NCBI GenBank assembly: GCA_002424095.1
Contig: DIPL01000014.1
Coordinates: 27,386-91,385 of the forward strand
Length of the DNA stretch: 64,000 nt
Source: Christensenella sp. UBA5489
Lineage (GTDB): Bacteria; Bacillota; Clostridia; Christensenellales; UBA1242
Reading direction: 5' to 3'
Under the pieces are notes generated by a model that was given only the letters and a program-made list of their open reading frames with translations, had not been told where the DNA came from and made no database searches. The translations under genes were made by a program, and so were the position numbers. Positions 27,276 to 36,410 of the stretch are shown one piece after another; within the stretch, counting starts at the first letter, position 1, and every line of letters begins with the position of its first letter.

Positions 27276-28136
27276 TTGAATTATTATATTGATTTAACAG
27301 ATAAAAGAAATATTTACATTTTTAAAATGTTACAAAATATGGGACATAATGTCCAAAGTTTTTTATTTAAAAATCAGAAAAAAGATATGGCTGAAAATAA
27401 AATACAGATGGAAAACCCAATGATAAAATTTCCTAAAAGGCAAGCAAGTTTAAAATATGAAAACATAGTCATTTTTTCGCCTGCAAAAAAATTTACCGAA
27501 AACGAAATTGATGAGTTGCCAAAAAATTCACTGATTTTTGGCGGCAGCCTAATAAAAAACAATTTAGCAAAACTTGAAAGCAGGAATATAAAATATATAA
27601 ATTTTCTCGATAATGATGATTTTGTAGTTAGAAATGCAAAACTTACCGCAGAAGGGATTCTGGCACTTTTGATAAGTAACACTGAAAAATCTATTTTTGA
27701 AAACAAAATTTTGATTTTAGGTAGCGGTCGTGTCGGAATGGCAACCGCAGCATTATTGAACAAACTTGATTTAAACACCGATATTGCAATTTTTCATAAT
27801 GATAAGTTTGCAGTGGCGAGTTTTTATGGCAAAAATGTTGTTTTTGAAAATCAATTATTCGAACGAATAGGGCAGTATGATGTCATAATAAACACAGTTC
27901 CTTTCAAAATTTTAAAAGACGAGTTTTTATCAAAAATTAATAATAACGCAATAATTCTTGAAGTTGCTTCGACAAATTGCCTAGAAAAAGACCTTTTAAA
28001 AGATTATAAATTTAAATATATTCCTTCACCTGCATTGCCGCAGCGATACAGCGCAGAAAGTGCAGCAGGAATAATGTTGGAGGTAATTTTAAAATTTATA
28101 AAACAACAAGGGCAAGAAAAAACATTAGAAAAATAA
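27276..28136 (+). CDS. dpaA: Dipicolinate synthase subunit A
   Basis: NAD-binding motif ILILGSGRVGMATAALL, a DpaA-like N-terminus (YIDLTDKRNIYIFKML) and dpaB directly downstream. I prefer the TTG start at 27276, 9 nt after GGAGG, over the track ATG at 27240. Confidence 0.8.
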   Translation: MNYYIDLTDKRNIYIFKMLQNMGHNVQSFLFKNQKKDMAENKIQMENPMIKFPKRQASLKYENIVIFSPAKKFTENEIDELPKNSLIFGGSLIKNNLAKLESRNIKYINFLDNDDFVVRNAKLTAEGILALLISNTEKSIFENKILILGSGRVGMATAALLNKLDLNTDIAIFHNDKFAVASFYGKNVVFENQLFERIGQYDVIINTVPFKILKDEFLSKINNNAIILEVASTNCLEKDLLKDYKFKYIPSPALPQRYSAESAAGIMLEVILKFIKQQGQEKTLEK

Positions 28137-28154
28137 ATTTAAACGGAGAAAAAA

Positions 28155-28730
28155 TTGAAAACTACAACAATAGGATTTGCAATAACCGGTTCGTTTTGCA
28201 CGTTATCTACAATAATTGATGTTATAAAAAATCTCATAAAAGAAGAAAAATATAAAATAATTCCAATATTTTCATTTAATGTGGCATCACAAGATACGCG
28301 CTTTTTCAAAGCGGAAGACTTTAAAAATGAAATAAAAAAAATCACGGATTATGAGCCAGTGAATTCTCTTCAAGCTGCGGAACCATTAGGACCGAGTGGC
28401 GTAATTGATGTTATGGTAGTTGCACCCTGCACAGGGAATACGCTTGCAAAACTTGCAAATGGCATAACCGATACACCAGTTACAATGGCGGTAAAATCAC
28501 AATTAAGAAATAATAACCCCGTGGTCTTAGCGATTTCAACCAATGACGGATTAGGGCTAAATTTAAAAAATATAGGCATATTATTAGCATCAAAAAATAT
28601 ATATTTTGTGCCATTCGGACAGGATAATCCAGAAGGTAAACCAAATTCTTTGGCTTCGGACTATTCATTGATTGGAAAAACAATTAAAGAGGCAAAAAAC
28701 GGTCATCAATTACAACCAATAATTCAATAA
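28155..28730 (+). CDS. dpaB: Dipicolinate synthase subunit B (flavoprotein)
   Basis: IGFAITGSFCT and VAPCTGNTLAKLANGITDTPV motifs of the SpoVFB/flavoprotein family. TTG start after GGAGA. Confidence 0.88.
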   Translation: MKTTTIGFAITGSFCTLSTIIDVIKNLIKEEKYKIIPIFSFNVASQDTRFFKAEDFKNEIKKITDYEPVNSLQAAEPLGPSGVIDVMVVAPCTGNTLAKLANGITDTPVTMAVKSQLRNNNPVVLAISTNDGLGLNLKNIGILLASKNIYFVPFGQDNPEGKPNSLASDYSLIGKTIKEAKNGHQLQPIIQ

Positions 28731-28780
28731 TTTAATTAAAGTAATTTTAAAAACAAACGATATAAATAGGAAAAAGAAAA

Positions 28781-29899
28781 ATGAGTTTAAATAAAGAAAA
28801 AAAACATAACATTGCCGTAGTAGGAGCAAGCGGTCTTGTCGGAAGAAAAATACTTCAAATTTTAGAAGAATACAAAATAAAAATAAATAAATTATACTTA
28901 TTTTCGTCGCCGAAAAGCGCTGGAAATTTAATTTATTTTAATAAGAAATCTTATAAATTAATTGAACTTAACAAGCCAAATATTGACAAAATTAAAAATA
29001 TTGATTATGTATTTTTTGCAGCAGGTGGTGTTGTTTCAAAAGAATATGTGAGTATTTTTGTTGATAAAGGAGCGACTGTTATAGATAATTCCAGTCGATT
29101 TAGAATGGTCGAAGGAGTGCCTTTGGTAGTTCCCGAAGTCAATCCTGAAACGTTAAAAAACAAAAAAATAATTTCTAACCCTAATTGCAGCACGATTCAA
29201 GCCGTCGTTGCACTTGCTCCACTGCATAAACGTTATAAAATTAAAAGAATTATTTTCTCGACATATCAAGCAGTTAGTGGTGCGGGAGAGCGAGGAGGCG
29301 AGGATTTAAAAAATCAAATTTTAGAATATTCTAATAAAACCGCACAAAATGACAAAAACAAAAAAAGCACTAAATTGAATAAAAAATCAAGTCAAAATAT
29401 GACTTTAAAAAATGATTCAAAAAGTCAAGCAGTTGCTTTTCAATATCCTATATTTAACAACATACTCCCACATATTGACGTTTTTTGTGTAGACGGCTAT
29501 ACTCGTGAAGAATATAAAATGATTAATGAAACACGAAAAATTTTAAACGACCCTGATATTAAAATTTCAGCAACCGCTGTTCGTGTACCTATTTTTAATT
29601 GTCATTGCGAAAGTATTAATGTCGAATTCGAAAAGCAATGCGACTTAAACGAAATTAAAAAAATTTTTTCAAATACAAAAGGCATTGTTTTGCTGGATGA
29701 CACTTCAAAAAATATATATCCAATGCCAAATATGTGTGTTGATAAAGATGAAGTTTTTGTCGGAAGAATAAGAATTGATGAAACCGTTCCAAGTGGCGTC
29801 AATTTATTTGTCGTTGCCGATAATCTAAGGAAAGGTGCGGCAACAAATGCTGTACAAATTTTACAGATTTTAATAGATAAAAAATTAAAGAAGTTTTAG
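28781..29899 (+). CDS. asd: Aspartate-semialdehyde dehydrogenase (with a K/N-rich internal insertion)
   Basis: IAVVGASGLVGRK NAD motif, active-site context SNPNCSTIQAVVAL, and RVPIFNCH. A low-complexity insert sits near 29320..29430. Confidence 0.9.
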   Translation: MSLNKEKKHNIAVVGASGLVGRKILQILEEYKIKINKLYLFSSPKSAGNLIYFNKKSYKLIELNKPNIDKIKNIDYVFFAAGGVVSKEYVSIFVDKGATVIDNSSRFRMVEGVPLVVPEVNPETLKNKKIISNPNCSTIQAVVALAPLHKRYKIKRIIFSTYQAVSGAGERGGEDLKNQILEYSNKTAQNDKNKKSTKLNKKSSQNMTLKNDSKSQAVAFQYPIFNNILPHIDVFCVDGYTREEYKMINETRKILNDPDIKISATAVRVPIFNCHCESINVEFEKQCDLNEIKKIFSNTKGIVLLDDTSKNIYPMPNMCVDKDEVFVGRIRIDETVPSGVNLFVVADNLRKGAATNAVQILQILIDKKLKKF

Positions 29900-29967
29900 A
29901 TTTAGAAATAGAATAATTAATTGAGATATTCAGTTAATTAAAACAAAAGTAAAAAGGAATATTAAAA

Positions 29968-30855
29968 ATGAAGAATGAAATATTTAGAGGGAGTGCGACA
30001 GCACTTGTAACACCGTTTACGAAAACGGGAGATATAAATTATGAAGTCTTAAAAGAATTAATAAATTTTCAAATACAAAATCAAACAAAAGCATTGATTA
30101 TTTTAGGAACAACGGGCGAAGCGGCGACAATTTCTTTAAAAGAAAAAATTGAAATTGTTAAATGTGCCGTACAACACGTGAACAGACGAGTTCCTGTTAT
30201 AATTGGTTCGGGCAGTAACGACACAAAAGTTGCAATTCAAAATAGTCGTATTTTTGAAAAATTAGGAGCAGATGCTTTACTTGTTGTAACTCCATATTAT
30301 AATAAAAGCACACAAAATGGTCTTGTTTCACATTTTACAGCAATTGCGGATAATGTAAACATTCCAATTATTTTATATAATGTGCCAAGTCGCACAGGTG
30401 TTAATATCTCACCGCAAACGGTTAAAAAGTTGAGTGAACATAATAACATTGTTGCAATCAAAGAGGCTTCGGGAAATTTGGAGCAGATTATTGAAATCGC
30501 AAGGTTATGTGGCGATGAAATGACAATTTATAGCGGCGATGATGCACTTATATTACCAATTTTAAGCGTTGGCGGTCGGGGAGTAATTGGCGTTACCAAC
30601 AACATTGCACCAGCGTTAGTAAATAAATTATGTGAAACTTTTTTTGAAAACAAAATTAAAATTAGTCGTGAAATTCAGTGTAATTTAAATCCGTTAATCA
30701 AGGCATTATTTATGGAAGTTAATCCGATACCAGTTAAAACCGCATTGAATTTAATGAATAAAAATGCGGGAGATGTACGACTTCCGTTGACACCAATGGA
30801 AGAAGAAAATATTCATAAATTAAAAACGGAAATGCAAAAATTCAATCTTTTATGA
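29968..30855 (+). CDS. dapA: 4-hydroxy-tetrahydrodipicolinate synthase
   Basis: GSATALVTPF, ILGTTGEAATIS, TPYYNK and the Schiff-base Lys context (AIKEASGN). Confidence 0.93.
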   Translation: MKNEIFRGSATALVTPFTKTGDINYEVLKELINFQIQNQTKALIILGTTGEAATISLKEKIEIVKCAVQHVNRRVPVIIGSGSNDTKVAIQNSRIFEKLGADALLVVTPYYNKSTQNGLVSHFTAIADNVNIPIILYNVPSRTGVNISPQTVKKLSEHNNIVAIKEASGNLEQIIEIARLCGDEMTIYSGDDALILPILSVGGRGVIGVTNNIAPALVNKLCETFFENKIKISREIQCNLNPLIKALFMEVNPIPVKTALNLMNKNAGDVRLPLTPMEEENIHKLKTEMQKFNLL

Positions 30856-30863
30856 TAAATATT

Positions 30864-32378
30864 TTATGCTTTTGAAAGAAACAGCAACTTATTTATAATT
30901 TTTATAGCATTTTCAAAATGGCGATTTTCAACGGCAATAATAATATTCGAGCCGTTGGAATTAATTTTTACATATAAAACTTCTATATTTTTAATATTTA
31001 AGCATAAAAACAATCTCTTAAAAATTTGACTATTTAAAATAATCTTTTCGCCAACAATTGCAATAAGAGAAACATCTTTTTTAAGTGAAATTTCCAAGAA
31101 ATCCAAAGTTTTGAAATGTTCGATAAATTCCTTTTCATCGCATTTTATCTCGTTTTGATTAAAAAATAAATCTATAAAATCAACATTTGCGTCAAATTGT
31201 ATTGATGAAATATTTAAATCATTTAAGATTTTAAAAACTTGAAAGAAATATTCGACTTCATTATATTCCATAATTTTCTTTATTTTCAAGTGAACCTGAT
31301 TTCTCTTTCCCGTTATGGCTTTTACCATATCAACGTTTTTTGAATTGATATAATTTCCAATTTTTGTTCCTTGTTTTTCTGGCTCAAAAATGCTTTTTAT
31401 TACAATTGGAATGTTTTTTTTGCGGGCAGGGAGAACAGTGTCAGGATGTAGAATTTTTGAGCCCATATAAGAAAGTTGTCTGAGTTCGTTAAAAGTTATT
31501 TCGCGTATATTTAAATGTGATTTTACAATTTTTGGGTCGCAGGACATCAAACCGTCGACATCTTTCCAATTCTCATATAAATCTGCATTAATTGCAGCTG
31601 CAATCAAACTCGCTGTATAATCGCTACCGCCACGAGAAAAAGTTAAAATTTGTCCATTTGGTAATTGTCCATAAAAACCTGGGACAATAACGCCACGTCT
31701 TTTTTTACTTGTAGGTGACAAATTCCGTCTTTTATATTTTGTCAATTTATTGCGAATAAGTTTATTTGTTTTTATAAAATCAAGTTCACCGTCATTATTA
31801 AATTTTATAATGTCAATGGCATCTACGAACTCGAAATTTAAAATTTCAGCCATTATTTTTGCCATCAGAAATTCGCCACGAGAAGCAATAAAACTTTTAA
31901 AATTATCACAATAAATATGTTTTTGATTTATTTCAAATTTGTTTTGATTTTTGCATATATTAATTATTTCTTTAATATTAAAAACATCATTACTAATCGT
32001 TGCCTCATTTAATTTAAAATGTTCAATAATTTCAATAAAGATTTTTTCAATTTTCAATAAAACTTTATCGCAAATACTGCTGTTATCATAATCATTATTG
32101 TTACAATTATGTTTATTATTCTCTAAACTTTCGCAACATTCGTAAAGTAAATCTGTTATTTTTTTATCATTCTCATTTGACTGACCAGGTGCAGAAACAA
32201 CAATGATTTTTCTATTTGCGTCGTTTTTTATCACATCAATAACTTTTTCTATATTTTGCGGATTTGCCATACAAACTCCGCCAAATTTTGCGACAATAAG
32301 TTGTTTTTTAGGCTTTTTATCTATAAAATAAAAAGACTTTTTTTCATCAGTATTTTTTAAGCTTTGCATTATAATCAT
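30864..32378 (-). CDS. Aspartate kinase (with low-complexity insertions)
   Basis: VAKFGGVCMA N-terminal kinase motif, SRGGSDYTASLIAAAINADLYENWKDVDGLMSCDPKIV, and C-terminal ACT-like repeats. At 504 aa it is longer than the roughly 400 aa I recall as typical. Confidence 0.85.
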   Translation of the reverse strand: MIIMQSLKNTDEKKSFYFIDKKPKKQLIVAKFGGVCMANPQNIEKVIDVIKNDANRKIIVVSAPGQSNENDKKITDLLYECCESLENNKHNCNNNDYDNSSICDKVLLKIEKIFIEIIEHFKLNEATISNDVFNIKEIINICKNQNKFEINQKHIYCDNFKSFIASRGEFLMAKIMAEILNFEFVDAIDIIKFNNDGELDFIKTNKLIRNKLTKYKRRNLSPTSKKRRGVIVPGFYGQLPNGQILTFSRGGSDYTASLIAAAINADLYENWKDVDGLMSCDPKIVKSHLNIREITFNELRQLSYMGSKILHPDTVLPARKKNIPIVIKSIFEPEKQGTKIGNYINSKNVDMVKAITGKRNQVHLKIKKIMEYNEVEYFFQVFKILNDLNISSIQFDANVDFIDLFFNQNEIKCDEKEFIEHFKTLDFLEISLKKDVSLIAIVGEKIILNSQIFKRLFLCLNIKNIEVLYVKINSNGSNIIIAVENRHFENAIKIINKLLFLSKA

Positions 32379-32428
32379 TATACTTTTTAGTATAGTTTTT
32401 TGTTAAAATTTTTAAAATGGATTTTATA

Positions 32429-33211
32429 TTAAAAATTAATTTCTCCCTTTTTAATTTTTATTGTTTTTAAATTTAATTTTTCTTGCTTTATAACAATTCT
32501 CTTTTCAAAAATTTTTTCCAAAAATTCATGTCGTTTTTTTGAATACCAGTTGATTTTTCGTGGAGATAATTCCAAGAGTTTAGAAACCAAAACACATTCA
32601 TTCTCAATTTCATAATTTATATTTGGCAAGAATTCAAAATCACTGTTAAGAAGTGAAATTTTGTCGCCTTGGAAAACAACATTAATTTCATCAAAAGAAA
32701 CTTCAATATTATCAATTAAAAATCTTAGAAGTTCCAAAAAAGCGTCATCGCTAAGTAAATAAGTACTATTATCATTGGCAATTTTCAAAAGTTCTTGCCA
32801 TTTTTCACGCACTGTTTGCAATTTAAAATAAAAAAACGACTCAATGTATAAACTGTCATCCAAAATCAATTGACGGTTAATCAAAAACCTATCGGTCTCT
32901 CTATCAAAACTCACAAGTGCTTTTTTAAAAGTATGCAACTCAAGTATAGTTTTTCGTGGAAATTTCAAATTTTTTCCTAAAAAATCTTCTTTAATAAAAG
33001 TGCAGATAGCATTTGTGAGAATGTCAGAGATATGATAACAAAGTCTTGTTTTTTCAACGTCTTCGCAGGCAATAACAATATTAATTTTGCCAGTTTGTTC
33101 ATAAGAAGTTATAACGCCAGCGACTTCTTCAACCTTTGTTTTAAGATTAGAAAAAATATATTTCGCCATATCGACTTTATCGTTTTCCATTCCCATAGAA
33201 AATTCCCACAT
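32429..33211 (-). CDS. Hypothetical protein, possibly YtxC-like sporulation protein
   Basis: The size and the patterns FFYFKLQTVREKW and AFLELLRFLIDN resemble my recollection of the YtxC family. This needs an HMM check. Confidence 0.35.
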   Translation of the reverse strand: MWEFSMGMENDKVDMAKYIFSNLKTKVEEVAGVITSYEQTGKINIVIACEDVEKTRLCYHISDILTNAICTFIKEDFLGKNLKFPRKTILELHTFKKALVSFDRETDRFLINRQLILDDSLYIESFFYFKLQTVREKWQELLKIANDNSTYLLSDDAFLELLRFLIDNIEVSFDEINVVFQGDKISLLNSDFEFLPNINYEIENECVLVSKLLELSPRKINWYSKKRHEFLEKIFEKRIVIKQEKLNLKTIKIKKGEINF

Positions 33212-33462
33212 ATGATAAATATTCTCCTAAAATATTTTATGCAAGGAAATTAAAAATACTCAACTTTTTTGAGATTTAGTAACTAATTAAAAAATTGGAC
33301 ATAATACAGTTTGAATTGAATTTTTAAGTGAATAGAATTAATAAAAAATCATTTGACTTTTTTGTAATTAATTGTAATAATAAAAAGTAAAAGAAATATA
33401 ATTATAATTTTATATTTTTGATATACTAAACTAATGATGTTTAAAAATTCTAAGGTTAAAAT

Positions 33463-34317
33463 ATGAAAAAAATCATAATGTCTCTCATTTTATCTTTACT
33501 CGTTGGCACATCATCGATTTTTTTTGCTTCCTGTGCCTGTTCAGCCCAAATTGAAGACCATAGCATTATAACGACATCATCAAATATTCAAAAGGGCACG
33601 GTTAGTATAGGTGGCATATATAAAACGAACGATACGGTAACTTTAAGTGCATTAGCAAAAAACGGTTATCAATTTATTTCGTGGATAAAAGGCGATTTAA
33701 TTGTCTCCTATGAATCGGAATTTTCTTTTATTGCAAGCCGTGAAACCGAAGGAAAATACACCGCATTATTTACCACCGATGAACTTGAATTTTTTATGAT
33801 TAAAGAAATATCATATGATATTGCAGGTTTAGAGATGTCTGATGACGAAAGTTCTTTAAATAAAGTAAATTTCATTGAAATAGAAAGTGGGACAACTTCG
33901 GGTCTATATCAGCTACTTGGAAACTTTGACGGTGCAATTGCTGACAATACAGGAAACTTTTCAACAAAGGATTTTTCATTGCAAGAAAAAATATTTTATT
34001 TAGATAAAGAATATCATTTTGTGGCAGACTTTGAATATGAATATATAAATAATCTCACAAGCACAAAAGATAAGAATAGCTTAAATGCAAAATTCAGCAT
34101 TGATTTCAAAAATTTAAATAACGGAGAAGTGAACGGTAACACAAAAACATATACTGGCACTAACTATACAATAACGCAGACCAATGAGAGTGAGTCAGTA
34201 TATGAAATTAATGTTACGTATACAAAACTCGCAAAACCAACGGGCTGGAATGATGAAAGCATCCACTCGTTAAATATAAAATTTTCCTATCCGTTTAATT
34301 CCGATGAACAACAATAA
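33463..34317 (+). CDS. Lipoprotein with an InlB-B-repeat-like domain
   Basis: Signal peptide and lipobox (IFFASCAC). GTVSIGGIYKTNDTVTLSALAKNGYQFISW resembles the divergent InlB B-repeat (GY.F..W). Confidence 0.5.
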   Translation: MKKIIMSLILSLLVGTSSIFFASCACSAQIEDHSIITTSSNIQKGTVSIGGIYKTNDTVTLSALAKNGYQFISWIKGDLIVSYESEFSFIASRETEGKYTALFTTDELEFFMIKEISYDIAGLEMSDDESSLNKVNFIEIESGTTSGLYQLLGNFDGAIADNTGNFSTKDFSLQEKIFYLDKEYHFVADFEYEYINNLTSTKDKNSLNAKFSIDFKNLNNGEVNGNTKTYTGTNYTITQTNESESVYEINVTYTKLAKPTGWNDESIHSLNIKFSYPFNSDEQQ

Positions 34318-34388
34318 AAAATAAAAACGGACATTTTATCAGTCAGAATATAGATAAGTTTTAAGAAACTTATTCACTCATTACTTTT

Positions 34389-36230
34389 TTATTCAATTAA
34401 ATTTAGGGTATAATGTTTAAACCAAAGGTCGAATTGATAAAGATAAGCGATTAATTGTGGTCTTGTCATTAATTGTCCGAACCAAGGTTTTTGCTCAATG
34501 GAATCTTCAAATAAATTTTGTAATGCCTTTTTATCAAAAATATAATTCAAAATTGAATTTTTGTTTTTAAGGCTTGCTTTTAATAATTTTTTGACACTAT
34601 TTAAATATTTAGGATTATGCGTTTTTGGATAAGGATTTTTCTTTCGGTTAAGGATTTCATCAGGAACAATATCTTTCACCGCCTCTCTTAAAAGTCCTTT
34701 TTCTCTGTTTTTATCGAATTTATATTTCCAAGGCACATTATAGAGATATTCTATAAGTCTATGGTCGGCAAATGGCACACGAACTTCCAGTCCTGCGCCT
34801 GTTGTCATACGGTCGTTTCTATCAAGTAATGTTTGCATAAACCAAAGCAAATTTAGATAAGTCAGTTGTTTATGTCGTTTGTCTTGTTTGCTTTCCATGC
34901 CAGTCAATGGCGTTTCTTTTAATGTTTGTATATATCTTTCTTTAACGTAATTTATCAAATTCAACTTATCTCTAAATTTTTGATTTAATAAAGAATTGCG
35001 TTCATCTAAATTTCTTATCCACGGAAAAAATTCGTTTTGTTGTTCTTTATAAAACCACGGATAGCCGCCAAAAATCTCATCTGAACACTCTCCCGATAAG
35101 GCAACCGTAAACCTTTGTTTTACTTGCTTACTGAACCAATAAAGAGAAGAGTCAACATCTACCATACCTGGAAAATCTTTCAAAACCAGTGCATCGTAAA
35201 GTGTGTCGACGAGTTGTTCGTTATTGATAGTTATATAATTATGTTTTAATTGAAACCTTTTTATAAGGAGTTTAATAAAATCATTATCTTGCGAGACTTG
35301 AAAATCATTTCCAGAAAAATATTTGTAATTATCTAAATAATCTATACTGAAAGTTTCTAAATCAAGCTTAAATTTGCGGGCAATCAATGTAATTGCTGTT
35401 GAGTCTAGTCCGCCTGACAAAAAAGAGCAAAGTGGAACATCGGAAGTGAGTTGACGACGAATACTGTCTTCAAGTAAATGTCTTGTTTTTTTTGCAGTTT
35501 CATCAAAATTTTCACTATGAGCAATCGCTGGCACATTCCAATATCTCTCAATAGTTAATTTTTCTGAAAAATTGTGGCTTTTAGCATTTAAATCAAGTGG
35601 TTTATATTTTAAATAATGTCCCGCTTTAAGTTCATAAACATTAGGATATATTCCACAACCGGGTGTGTGCGATGGTCCAAGTCCTAAAATTTCACGCAAG
35701 CCGTCAGATGTAATCGAGTTTATTTTAAAATAACTTAAAATTGATTTAATTTCTGAGCATACCATAAAATCGCCATTATTTTTGTTTTTTAAGTAATAAT
35801 AAAAAGGTTTAACGCCTACATGGTCTCGGCATCCGAACAATTCTTTTGTTTTTTCATTCCAAATAGCAAAAGAAAAAATACCGTTTAATTTCTCCACACA
35901 TTTTTCTTTATATTCAACATATAACTTAATCAAAACTTCCGTATCTGAATAACCAATGAAATCATAACCTTTTTTAATCAAATCATTTCTTAATTCTTCC
36001 ATATTATATAATTCGCCGTTATAAATCAACACAAATTCTTTAAAGCAAAAAGGCTGTTTGCCGTTTTCTTTATCGACAACGACAAGTCTTTTATGCCCAA
36101 AAAAAACATTTTCGCTTTCATTAAGATAAAAGCCTTGTTCATCTGAACCACGATGATTCACCTTTGCCAAAGATTTATTTGCTTCCGCAATATTTATTTT
36201 TGGCGAAACAATTCCAACAAAACCACTCAT
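34389..36230 (-). CDS. asnB: Asparagine synthase (AsnB family) with Ser in place of the N-terminal nucleophile Cys
   Basis: The Ntn-glutaminase domain motifs are otherwise preserved (HRGSDE, KRLVVVD, YNGELYN, SDTEV) and the synthetase PP-loop is intact (FLSGGLDSTAI). The protein begins MSGFVGIV (ATG AGT GGT). Confidence 0.85.
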   Translation of the reverse strand: MSGFVGIVSPKINIAEANKSLAKVNHRGSDEQGFYLNESENVFFGHKRLVVVDKENGKQPFCFKEFVLIYNGELYNMEELRNDLIKKGYDFIGYSDTEVLIKLYVEYKEKCVEKLNGIFSFAIWNEKTKELFGCRDHVGVKPFYYYLKNKNNGDFMVCSEIKSILSYFKINSITSDGLREILGLGPSHTPGCGIYPNVYELKAGHYLKYKPLDLNAKSHNFSEKLTIERYWNVPAIAHSENFDETAKKTRHLLEDSIRRQLTSDVPLCSFLSGGLDSTAITLIARKFKLDLETFSIDYLDNYKYFSGNDFQVSQDNDFIKLLIKRFQLKHNYITINNEQLVDTLYDALVLKDFPGMVDVDSSLYWFSKQVKQRFTVALSGECSDEIFGGYPWFYKEQQNEFFPWIRNLDERNSLLNQKFRDKLNLINYVKERYIQTLKETPLTGMESKQDKRHKQLTYLNLLWFMQTLLDRNDRMTTGAGLEVRVPFADHRLIEYLYNVPWKYKFDKNREKGLLREAVKDIVPDEILNRKKNPYPKTHNPKYLNSVKKLLKASLKNKNSILNYIFDKKALQNLFEDSIEQKPWFGQLMTRPQLIAYLYQFDLWFKHYTLNLIE

Positions 36231-36291
36231 ACATTTTATATATGTTAAGTTTTCTTAAATTGACAAATATAACAATGTTTTTTAAAACAGA

Positions 36292-36320
36292 TTGCATTTA
36301 ATAAAAAAATATCGTATAAT
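36292..36320 (+). promoter_or_regulatory. Near-consensus sigma-A promoter upstream of thrS
   Basis: TTGCAT (36292..36297), 17-nt spacer, TATAAT (36315..36320). Confidence 0.55.
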
Positions 36321-36337
36321 TTATCTTATTAAATTAC

Positions 36338-36367
36338 ATTTTACATAATTTAAAAATTATGTAAAAT
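36338..36367. promoter_or_regulatory. 30-bp perfect palindrome in the thrS leader (operator or RNA hairpin candidate)
   Basis: attttacataattt-aa-aaattatgtaaaat: 14-bp arms with no mismatch, ~18 nt downstream of the -10 and ~44 nt upstream of the thrS ATG. Confidence 0.4.
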
Positions 36368-36410
36368 TTATATCATAATAAAATACAATTAATCCAAAAA
36401 AGGGAACAAA

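Noticed and set aside
32379-33462. Looked for a lysine (L-box) riboswitch upstream of the aspartokinase and ytxC-like genes, and for other riboswitches in the longer intergenic regions (18355..18592, 21862..22225, 23855..24267, 33212..33462).
   Set aside because: The aspartokinase has only a 50-nt upstream gap. The longer regions are nearly pure A/T with no conserved GC-containing helices. A covariance-model scan would be needed for certainty.
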